Shown here: in pieces, positions 36,449 through 47,178 of the stretch | Layout of the letters: the number at the start of each line of letters is the position of its first letter | Numbering within the stretch: the stretch's first letter is position 1 | NCBI GenBank assembly: GCA_013239625.1 | Contig: MU053881.1 | Location: 13,406,879-13,470,878 of the forward strand | Direction: 5' to 3' | Source of the DNA: Lama guanicoe | Taxonomy: Eukaryota | Length of the DNA stretch: 64,000 nt | Made by a program: the position numbers and the translations under genes | The notes under the pieces: generated by a model | Seen by the model: only the letters and a program-made list of their open reading frames with translations | The model's database searches: none | Told to the model about the DNA's origin: nothing

Positions 36449-39400
36449 TGTATCTTACTATTTTTAGTAAAATAATAACAAATATTCTAAATAAACATTA
36501 ATGTGTTAAATATTTTATAGGGTAAATGTACAAAAGCACATTCGATTATGTGTCACTATATATGCAAAAATGTATACAAGTTTTAAGATCTTGAGTTATC
36601 TCCTAATATTTTAAGTTTTTTGAGCAGGATGGTCATTGAAAAAATAGAAATCTATTAAACATAGAAGTTTTTAAGGCCAGCCCTGATAGGTTCATCAAAA
36701 TCACTCAGTCCTTTGCTGTGTCTGCTCAAAGATCTAGTCTGCCCTTAGACTCAGAGGTGTGGATGGCAGACTTAATATCGTGTCCTCAGTACAGCCCGAA
36801 CAGTCACCTAGAAACCACAACTGAGAATTCCATGCTGATGAAGAAACTATTGAAAGTAACTATGAATCAGCTCTGCTGGTCGGTGAGCAGGGAGGAATAA
36901 TTATTTCTCCTAATAACTCCAGGCTTTCTCCTTGAGGTGTATTTTCTATTATTAGCCATTAAGGAGACTTAAGAATGTCACTTGAATTCTCCATCTCAGC
37001 ACTGCACTTGGATAATTAAGCACCCACAAGAGTTAGTAATGATCTGAGGTTGCTTTTAATAACAGCTGTGTTTAAGTCACATCGGGGCGAAGAGGGTGTT
37101 AAAGGAGGTGGCAGTTCCCTTACGCTGCAGATGAGCGGGTTGCAAAAACATGATCTCCTGTGCAAGGCACAGGTTGCCACCGAACATCGCAGTGTGTTTC
37201 CAAATCCTGTCTGATTCATTGCAGTTCTCCCAACAAGTGAACATCTTGAATGCATTGCAAAAGGTCCAGCTGACAAAATCACCTACTGTTCATAATATGG
37301 TAAAAAACCATGCATCTCCCAGCCAGATTATCAAAGTAATTAGTTGTTAGTGATGTTTCCAATCTTGGGACTTTATTTACTAGTGGTTCCATGTATTTAG
37401 TTTAAGCAAAGATTAAAAATTGTCAGAGAAGTATTTGTTTATGTCTTAGAAAAATCTGTTCATGTTAAGCAGCTTGAATAACAAGATTTTATCCTTCATA
37501 TCTTAGGGGTAAAAAATAAACATTTTTCTATTGACTCAAAAGATAGTTTTCCAACTTCGGTGCTCCCTGGTAAAGCATAGGAAAAGTGTCATGTCTCTTA
37601 GGAGTCATCAGAATGGAAACATGGGAAGAGAAGGTCATAAACATAATCTCTTTGGATAACTTTATTTTATAGGGTGCTTAGAATGTACGCATAAAAGTAG
37701 TGATGCACTGAAGATAATGTGTCGTTACACTTACATAGAACAGTGAAATATATATATTTATGTACTATATATATATATTTTGTATATCTGTACTACAAGT
37801 ATATTTGTGTGCATAGGTAATAATAAAACATTACACTATTACAATGGATCTCATTTTGAGGGCTCAACAAAATTATCTAGTCTAATATGTTCTGCAGTTG
37901 TCCTGAGTCTGTCTACCTGTCTGTCTATCTGTCTGTTTCTCAAACTCTTTAGAATCTGAGCAAATCAATAACCTAGCAGCTTGAAGCTCGTAGTCTTATC
38001 TCCCAGGGTGTTAGGAGTTAGTCTTCTCCACCATAGAACTATGCCTCTTTTTTTTCCCCTCAAATTCAAGACACTTTCAATTTGATAATATTTCATTATT
38101 CTTAAATAAAATTTTTGCCGCTTCCTACCATGTGCAGTCATGGTAAGTGCTGTGAAGGGCTGGTATTTGGTCATGTGAGAATATAGAATAGGCAAATTTG
38201 CCTGGATAATGGGGAGTCAGGAAACACTTTGGTCAAAAATTAATGATAGATTTCAGATCTACATAAGATAATGAATTGGGCAAAGAGTAGACAAAAAATT
38301 GTCCAGGTACCAGGAATATAGATGTGCAGCTATAAGTTGGAAATTAATGTCCTTCACATGGATTGAAGACTGTCTTTACAAAGACCAGCATTTCTGTTGC
38401 TCTTATTTTTTATAGCACTTATGTAAACCTAAAGAGAAAACACAAAATGAAACTAAACCTCAATTTAGCTCAAAAGTGCACTTTTTTTTTTTGGAAAGAC
38501 TAAGTTATTTGTTTTAAAAACGAAGTTGAATTTTGGGGGTGATGCTTCCTCTGGCAATGTGAATTTCATTTTTTATATCCATTTGATTTCAATTGCTCTC
38601 TTTGGTGATCATGATGAAAACACCAGTTCAGAAAAGTGGCAAATAAAATAACACCTGTTGGACATTGATATTCATGCATTGACGAGCAACAGGATTCTAC
38701 AGGACTCCATGAGGAGATTGGGCTGGAAGCATTTCCTTTGCTCACAGTATTGTCTTTGGCAAGTTTCAGGTCATCCATAATCTGAGATGCACTAAAGGAA
38801 GAGAAATCCATATTTCAACTTGAAAGTCATTTAAGAATAATCAACCTTCAGGAAATTTTGCCACTGCTCTTGTGAGCCAGCTTTACCTGTAGAGAAGTCA
38901 ACAGGATTTGCCATGAAGAATCCCTTCCACCAGAACCAGAAAGTCCAATTATTTGTTACCATCAATAATCATTGTACAATGGTGGATTCACTCAGTAGAT
39001 ACCTTAGATAGCACTTTGAGGTGGCTGAATGGATGATATCAAATAATAAAATTTGTTTTATTCATATGGCTCAAGCAATTTACTAATTAATCCCAGAAGT
39101 TAATAAACTCCTTGTTGTCATACTGTTTAAGTTGAACATTTTTCTTCTTTTCTTAAAAAAAGTGAAACTTATGCCTGAATTTGATTCAAATATCTCTAAG
39201 ATTTTTTTTCTTTTTTACTATTAGCCATAGATTATCTGTATAGTAGAACATTCTCTTGACAAACTTTAACTGGTGACTTTTAAGCCAGTGGCAAGAATTA
39301 TTTGAGGATTGCTGGCAGTATCTTTTATACCAGTTGACACCCAAGGGTTACAATGACAGAAGAATTTCTTATTCTAAGAGTAGCAAACCAGTTTTGGTGC

Positions 39401-39457
39401 CAGGATCCCAGATGGCACATGCTTTTCTTACAGTCAAAACTTTGCTTGGCAAAGAAA

Positions 39458-39520
39458 CTTTTTTTTTGTTAATTGAAGTATAGTCAGTTACAATGTGTCA
39501 GTTTCTGGTGTACAGAGCAA
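39458..39520 (-). mobile_element. Very short L1 3' tail (also in copy B at ~41998-42060)
   Basis: 'ttttttttgttaattgaagtatagtcagttacaatgtgtcagtttctggtgtacag' resembles the antisense L1 termini at ~7800-7860. Confidence 0.7.
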
Positions 39521-39693
39521 TTTTGGCGTTGCAGTTCCGCTACGTCCTGTGTTAAAGTCTTAGAGAGAATGTCAGCAGATATTTAACGGGTGTCATCACA
39601 ATAAAGAACTTTGCTTCAATTTTCTTCCTCTGTTCTAAGCCACTGTATGATCAGGCCACCGCACGGCTGTTCTCTTGTTCTCTGCACATCCCC

Positions 39694-40284
39694 TGCTGGA
39701 CCAATGCCTGCTTCACCTACACCTCCTCACATGACTGACCTTCTGGATTATTTGCCTGCATCCCAGCTAGTGCCTTTTCTAACCTTTAGATCAGGACATC
39801 TCCATCATGATAGCCTATCAGAGGGACAGTGAGGGGTGTGCCCCTCTGCTGGTTTCCCTGGTAACCGACTGAGCTCAGTTCTTCCTATAACCTGTCACTG
39901 CCCTCTCCCCTAGGAGGGAAGACTGCCACGACATCCTGCCTTGATCTGCCGTACACAGTGGGGTGTCACACCAGGACCTTGCTTCAGACAGGTGAGCACC
40001 CCCATCCATTCAACCATTGATGTCTCTGTCAATGACTTTGGTCTTGAAGCTGGTCAAGCACAAGCCGTGCAGACCTGCGGGGTGCAGCCCAACAACTGGC
40101 TGAGCGGCCAGGAGACCCGGGAGACCCCCGTGAGCTGCTAGGCCGGGAAATAAGGCCGGGAGGGAACGCGGTGGGGGTGGGGCACCCACGGACTTGTGGG
40201 GCCCGAAAGTTGTGGGGGAAACCCCGGGGTGGCCGTCCACTGGTGTGGGGGGCCCTGTGGTGGCCTTCCTTGATGAATGGGGGG
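39694..40284 (+). mobile_element. Duplicate of the ERV 5' LTR, PBS and leader start (inside copy A)
   Basis: LTR 39694-40094 ends 'gcagcccaaca'; PBS 40097-40114; truncated by the gap. Confidence 0.8.
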
Positions 40285-40338
40285 NNNNNNNNNNNNNNNN
40301 NNNNNNNNNNNNNNNNNNNNNNNNNNNNNNNNNNNNNN
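40285..40338. other. Assembly gap (54 N)
   Basis: Run of N. Confidence 1.
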
Positions 40339-42822
40339 GTATATTTGTGTGCATAGGTAATAATAAAACATTACACTATTACAATGGATCTCATTTTGAG
40401 GGCTCAACAAAATTATCTAGTCTAATATGTTCTGCAGTTGTCCTGAGTCTGTCTACCTGTCTGTCTATCTGTCTGTTTCTCAAACTCTTTAGAATCTGAG
40501 CAAATCAATAACCTAGCAGCTTGAAGCTCGTAGTCTTATCTCCCAGGGTGTTAGGAGTTAGTCTTCTCCACCATAGAACTATGCCTCTTTTTTTTCCCCT
40601 CAAATTCAAGACACTTTCAATTTGATAATATTTCATTATTCTTAAATAAAATTTTTGCCGCTTCCTACCATGTGCAGTCATGGTAAGTGCTGTGAAGGGC
40701 TGGTATTTGGTCATGTGAGAATATAGAATAGGCAAATTTGCCTGGATAATGGGGAGTCAGGAAACACTTTGGTCAAAAATTAATGATAGATTTCAGATCT
40801 ACATAAGATAATGAATTGGGCAAAGAGTAGACAAAAAATTGTCCAGGTACCAGGAATATAGATGTGCAATTATAAGTTGGAAATTAATGTCCTTCACATG
40901 GATTGAAGACTGTCTTTACAAAGGCCAGCATTTCTGTTGCTCTTATTTTTTATAGCACTTATGTAAACCTAAAGAGAAAACACAAAATGAAACTAAACCT
41001 CAATTTAGCTCAAAAGTGCACTTTTTTTTTTTGGAAAGACTAAGTTATTTGTTTTAAAAACGAAGTTGAATTTTGGGGGTGATGCTTCCTCTGGCAATGT
41101 GAATTTCATTTTTTATATCCATTTGATTTCAATTGCTCTCTTTGGTGCTCATGATGAAAACACCAGTTCAGAAAAGTGGCAAATAAAATAACACCTGTTG
41201 GACATTGATATTCATGCATTGACGAGCAACAGGATTCTACAGGACTCCATGAGGAGATTGGGCTGGAAGCATTTCCTTTGCTCACAGTATTGTCTTTGGC
41301 AAGTTTCAGGTCATCCATAATCTGAGATGCACTAAAGGAAGAGAAATCCATATTTCAACTTGAAAGTCATTTAAGAATAATCAACCTTCAGGAAATTTTG
41401 CCACTGCTCTTGTGAGCCAGCTTTACCTGTAGAGAAGTCAACAGGATTTGCCATGAAGAATCCCTTCCACCAGAACCAGAAAGTCCAATTATTTGTTACC
41501 ATCAATAATCATTGTACAATGGCGGATTCACTCAGTAGATACCTTAGATAGCACTTTGAGGTGGCTGAATGGATGATATCAAATAATAAAATTTGTTTTA
41601 TTCATATGGCTCAAGCAATTTACTAATTAATCCCAGAAGTTAATAAACTCCTTGTTGTCATACTGTTTAAGTTGAACATTTTTCTTCTTTTCTTAAAAAA
41701 AGTGAAACTTATGCCTGAATTTGATTCAAATATCTCTAAGATTTTTTTTCTTTTTTACTATTAGCCATAGATTATCTGTATAGTAGAACATTCTCTTGAC
41801 AAACTTTAACTGGTGACTTTTAAGCCAGTGGCAAGAATTATTTGAGGATTGCTGGCAGTATCTTTTATACCAGTTGACGCCCAAGGGTTACAATGACAGA
41901 AGAATTTCTTATTCTAAGAGTAGCAAACCAGTTTTGGTGCCAGGATCCCAGATGGCACATGCTTTTCTTACAGTCAAAACTTTGCTTGGCAAAGAAACTT
42001 TTTTTTTGTTAATTGAAGTACAGTCAGTTACAATGTGTCAGTTTCTGGTGTACAGCGCAATTTTGGCGTTGCAGTTCCACTACGTCCTGTGTTAAAGTCT
42101 TAGAGAGAATGTCAGCAGATATTTAACGGGTGTCATCACAATAAAGAACTTTGCTTCAATTTTCTTCCTCTGTTCTAAGCCACTGTATGATCAGGCCACC
42201 ACACGGCTGTTCTCTTGTTCTCTGCACATCCCCTGCTGGACCAATGCCTGCTTCACCTACACCTCCTCACATGACTGACCTTCTGGATTATTTGCCTGCA
42301 TCCCAGCTAGTGCCTTTTCTAACCTTTAGATCAGGACATCTCCATCATGATAGCCTATCAGAGGGACAGTGAGGGGTGTGCCCCTCTGCTGGTTTCCCTG
42401 GTAACCGACTGAGCTCAGTTCTTCCTATAACCTGTCACTGCCCTCTCCCCTAGGAGGGAAGACTGCCACGACATCCTGCCTTGATCTGCCGTACACAGTG
42501 GGGTGTCACACCAGGACCTTGCTTCAGACAGGTGAGCACCCCCATCCATTCAACCACTGATGTCTCTGTCAATGACTGGTCTTGAAGCTGGTCAAGCACA
42601 AGCCCTGCAGACCTGCGGGGTGCAGCCCAACAACTGGCTGAGCGGCCAGGAGACCCGGGAGACCCCAGTGAGCTGCTAGGCCGGGAAATAAGGCCGGGAG
42701 GGAACGCGGTGGGGGTGGGGCACCCACGGACTTGTGGGGCCCGAAAGTTGTGGGGGAAACCCCGGGGTGGCCGTCCACTGGTGTGGGGGGCCCTGTGGTG
42801 GCCTTCCTTGATGAATGGGGGG
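40339..42822 (+). repeat. Copy B of the ~2.49 kb direct duplication
   Basis: Starts exactly after the gap with 'gtatatttgtgtgcatagg' (= 37799). Confidence 0.97.
42635..42652 (+). promoter_or_regulatory. Retroviral primer-binding site, tRNA-Arg-like
   Basis: TGGCTGAGCGGCCAGGAG lies 2 nt after the LTR end and resembles TGGCGAGCCAGCCAGGAG, the complement of the tRNA-Arg(ACG) 3' end. Confidence 0.7.
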
Positions 42823-45339
42823 GACTCACAGACACCCCTAAGGCTGTGGGGAGACGCTGGCCGCCCGGACGGTGGGGGGAGGGGAGGAAGTGGCCGCAGC
42901 TGTGGGCCGGCAGGTGCCTCTCAGGTTAGGAAAGAGCAGGCGCCGAGCTGACAGCCCGGGCGGAGGCTACCTTGAAAGTGGCTTCTTGTTCCTCTGGAAG
43001 TGAGGCATGCGAATGTGAGGGAATGGTTTGCATTATCTGTGTTTGTATTGTATTTGTATTGTAGTACTGTTAGTTGTTTAAACTGAAAAAAAAATCTCTG
43101 AAAATGGCCAAGGTGGGAATCTTTGACGCTCTAAAATTGTTTTTTGCACCTGCAGTTAGAGGAAGAAATTGATATTTCTCTTCTTATGTTTCTGAGACGT
43201 AAAGGGCTCTCAGGAGCTTTGATCATCTGATCCCTGAGAGCAAAAAAAAAAAAGAAGAAGCCTTTCGAAACTCTGTAAGAGTGATTATGGTTTGGGCATG
43301 TCTGTTGTAACAGTGTCTCCAGATTTTGGTAACTTGCAGCTGAACTAAGTTAAATGAAGAGAATTCATTGACTATCTGAGTCATTTCAAATAGCACACAA
43401 TAATGGAACATTAACTGCTCGGCGGGTCTAAGTATACTGTCCTTTGCCTTCGTAGGAGAGGAAGACAAAAGCATAAGTTTCCCAATGAGGAAGTGCTGGA
43501 ATGACAGACAGCCCATAATTACTCGCTTCTTGGTTTTTGTCCGAGATTTAAGGTTGTTCAGGGTCAAGCTTGTAATCAGTCATAATTCTGGTTGTTATGA
43601 CCAAGTGTCTTTATTGATTACATTGTGATCGGGTGCCTTCTTGAGTCTTTTCATTTATGGGCCATTGCTATACTCTGATGCCTTTGCAAAAGTGCTTCGT
43701 TTTCAAGAAGTTTCATAGAAGGGACCTTCCGACCAGCACAGGTCTCTGATAAGTTTCAGGTCGTACCCTGGAACTGGGTAAGAAAATAAAGAATCCTCAG
43801 AGAGAGTCTAATGGCATCGTAAGGAGTTCACAAAAGAACTGGTTACTGAGTGAGCTGGTGAATATGGTTATAATGGTCGTGATTTTTGTGTGGAATATTC
43901 CTGGTTTTGATCTGTGTTTTCCAGCTACAGGGAAGCCCTTCCCCTCGAGTTAGTTATGACTTAACAGCCATTAGGTGAATGACACCTGTGTGTGGAATTG
44001 AAGTGTTTCCTTTGCCCTTTGCCTGGTCCCTCCAGAAACTGAAGACTCCTGGGTTCCAAGTAGCCTCCCCAGGTGAATGGGAAAGACCATCTCCTGGCTC
44101 GTGCAGGAATCTCACGTTTTGGGGACCTCTAAAAGAAAGAAATCCTCCTGGACAGAGCCTGATGGCAGGCCTCTGGCGTGGGTTTCCTGGCCTTGAGAGG
44201 CCTGTTAGGAATTCAGACTGAGCGTGAGGTTCAGCACAGCCCATTTGGAGGAGCCTCTGTGGTCAGCTGACCAGACCTAGTTTGCAAGCAAATTAGTCTT
44301 GATTTGGCTGTGTTGGGTGCAGGTGAGGGTAATTTTAGAGAGAAAAATATTATGTTTCAGTGGATATTAAATTCTAGTTCCGCTAATTGCAGTCTAAATT
44401 TATGAAAGTCGTTGTGTTTGCCACAGTTTTGCCCTTCTGTTCAGGTTGGAGAGAAAATTATCCAGTGATGTTATCAGACTGTAACTATTCATGATGTGTT
44501 ACCCTGCTTGCTGTTAAGTCTGCTGCTAAAGCACACCTACAATGTTTGTGTAACAATCTGTGTAAGTGATCAAATGTATAGCCTATAGAAGGTTTCACCA
44601 TTAACATATATGTAGGCTTGTCCGCAGTATCTGATCAGTTTTCCCCCAGTGTGGATAACTGGGCTAACATAAAGGATACTTAGCTCAGAGGGACGTGATC
44701 TGGACCCGGGGCAGGCAGCATTCACCTTGGCTTCAAGGGACATACACTTTGGTCTAATGAAAGGTTTGCAGTCAAAAGTGGAAAGGATGGAAAATCTTTC
44801 ACATACGGAGGTATGAGGAAGTCGTTCTGGCTTATACGTGGCTTAACTTCAATTTGACTGATCAGAATGGCCTGTTTTGTGGCCTGTTGGACACACATTG
44901 TACATCTGCTTTGGCCTTGAGAAGGGGAACGCATTTGAAAGTCAAATTGGAGCAGCTGTGGTTCAGACATCCAGGGTGGAACAAGGTGGCCAGTGTTGGT
45001 GGGATTTTGGACATGTCCCTGTGTTACTGAAAACCTGAGTTTCCTGAACTGGATTGCAGACCAGGGCAAAAAGCGCAAGCAGGTGTGGTATCTCCTCAGA
45101 ATCCAGGTACTGCTTGCATATCGCTTAGTGGCCGTGATCTCCCCTGTGTCATGCCTGTTAGATGTCTTATATTTTATCCCTCGCCTGAGCAAAGGGAATC
45201 TGTTCCAGGAGGGAAGCAACCATGGCCTCACTGCAAAGTGAGTCTAATCGCTGGGTCCACAGTGAGATGCGGTGGTCCTCTTCTGGGCCTCCGTGAAAAA
45301 TGGAGCCGGCTGACGTGACTGTGTGGGGATGACTGGCAG

Positions 45340-45864
45340 TGGGGGAAAAGACTCTCACCATCTTCTTGTCCCACCTGTCAATACATCAGAAGGACCCTCT
45401 TCGGGAAACGGTGCTGGACAACTGACTGCCCGTGAGCACCCTGGGCTATGCTGTGTGGAATGGAACAGGCTGGTTTTTGGACACACAAATCCACTCGTAG
45501 AATTCACTGCTTTTTGTTTGAAAAGACCTAATGATTCCACCTCTAATGGCACTTGACATAACATGAGGGGCAGACCTGTACTGCGACTGCTGGCTCCAGG
45601 CTAGGCCACCAGAGTGTTTCTTATAGAGCTGGGACCTTCCCCTCCCCATGGAGGTGGCTCTGGTTTTGTGAATACCAGGGGTGGCCTTACCTTTTTATAA
45701 CTGGACAGGGCACTGCCACTACTGATCCCCTCTCCGTTGACCTAGGAGGTGAACTTGGCTCCAAACTTTGCACATCCAGGCGGATGACTGCTCTTAGCAT
45801 AGCAGGCATCTTGCTCTTGATGCTCCTTAGCTGCTGGTGTCTGTATTGCGTTTGTGGTATCTGA
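45340..45864 (+). pseudogene. env: Retroviral env remnant (SU C-terminal motif and membrane anchor)
   Basis: 45643-45716 translates SPWRWLWFCEYQGWPYL[frameshift]YNWTGHC. 45784-45864 translates MTALSIAGILLLMLLSCWCLYCVCGI*. It lies just upstream of the PPT and 3' LTR. Confidence 0.65.
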
Positions 45865-46662
45865 TCGCAGTGCCCCTCTACATAACCCCAGGGATATGGC
45901 GGAAGTGGGGAGGACCAAGGTTGAAAGGGTTGTGTAGTGTAAAGAGGGACAGAGCGTATGGTCCAGTGGCTGCTTCACCTACACTCTACTCACGTGACTG
46001 GCCTTCCTACATACTTGCCCCAGGCCCCAGCTGGTGGCTATTCTAACCTTTACATCGGAACATCTTAACCATGTTAGCATATCAGAGGGGCGGTGGGGGG
46101 CATGGCCCTCTGCTAGTTTCCCTGGTAACCGATGAGCCCCATCCCATCACAGGTAACCTCCCCCTCCCCCCAGGAGCAGAGTGCTACCACATCCTGCCTG
46201 CGTCTGCTGCACTCTGTGGGGTGTGGCTCCAGGACCTTGCTTCAGACGGGTAACCTCCCCCATCTGGTAAACCACTGATGTCAGTCACTGACTCCGGGCA
46301 CTTTCTTCAGTCTTGAAGCTGGGCAAGCACAAGCCATGCAGGCCTGCAGGGTGCAGCCCAACAGCCGCAAACCAGATTAATTCACACACTTTAGTCCCCT
46401 GAGGTTCCCCCTTTCAGAGGGTCCTTCTCTGACAAAGCAATAAACAGTGCAGTGTAATTAAAATCAAAGCTTTTCAGTTGAGGCAAACCCAGACTTCAGT
46501 AAATTTCCAGCAATTCAAGACTGAGTATTTGACTCTTCAGAAATAAAGCATTTCCCACCATGGGACGATGTCAAGTGCTCCTCCAGCTTTTATTAATTCA
46601 GGCTCCTATTGTCAGGAGACTTGCTACAGAGTAAGCCCCGTGTCTGCCGTATCTTCTGTGTT

Positions 46663-47178
46663 TGTGCTAGTCAGGGCTCTAGCGGAACAGACCCCAGCAG
46701 GAGATAAATAAGTGTGCATAAATAAATGAATAGCTCCGTGAATGAATGAATGAATGAATGGATTTATTATAATGGGCTGGCTCAGCTCGTGTGACTATGG
46801 CGGCTGAGAAGTTCAGATCTGCTGTTTCAAAGCTGGATATTCAGGAAAACTTGAGTTTGAAGGTCTGAAGCCAGGACAGCTGATGGTGTAGACTCCTGTC
46901 CAGGTCAGAAGTCCTGAGACCCAGGAGGGGCCAGGAAAGGAGAAGATTGATGTCTCAGCTCAGCCAGGCAGGCAGAAAATGGATTCAGCCCACCTTTCCT
47001 TTTGTTGTTCTGTTCGGGTCTTCAGCAGATTGCTGCCCAGCTACACTGGGGAGGGCAGTTCACTTGACCTTGTCTACCATCTTTCGGAAACACCTTCACA
47101 GACGAACCTGAAAATAATATTTAACTAAATATCTGGGCATCCTGTGATCCAATCAAGTTGTTACATAAAACCATCACA
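46663..47178 (-). mobile_element. MLT2-like ERVL solo LTR with 5-bp TSD
   Basis: Termini 'tgtgctagtcagggctct' and 'ccaatcaagttgttacataaaaccatcaca'. TSD gtgtt at 46658-46662 and 47179-47183. Internal (TGAA)n. Confidence 0.88.

Larger units (their letters stand above)
37799..40284 (+). repeat. Copy A of a ~2.49 kb direct duplication
   Basis: Near-identical to 40339-42822 (offset 2540). The ORF track repeats, e.g. 37965/40505, 38566/41106, 39611/42151. Confidence 0.97.
42234..46363 (+). mobile_element. Degraded, internally deleted endogenous retrovirus with two LTRs
   Basis: 5' LTR 42234-42632 and 3' LTR ~45955-46363 are homologous: both contain 'tttccctggtaaccga' and 'ccaggaccttgcttcagac' and end 'gtgcagcccaaca'. 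PBS at 42635-42652, purine tract 45941-45954, env-like motifs at 45643-45864. Confidence 0.9.

Noticed and set aside
38566..41351. Duplicated ORFs suggesting paralogous genes
   Set aside because: They are a by-product of the gap-flanking duplication, and the peptides are not recognisable.
44722..45231. 169-aa minus-strand ORF
   Set aside because: It is antisense to the degraded ERV internal region, has no recognisable domain, and is likely a chance ORF.
39694..46363. Three-LTR tandem provirus
   Set aside because: The first LTR belongs to a larger duplicated block that includes ~1.9 kb of host flank and ends at an assembly gap.
42229..46368. TSD for the ERV
   Set aside because: The flanks (tcccc vs gccgc) do not match well enough to call.
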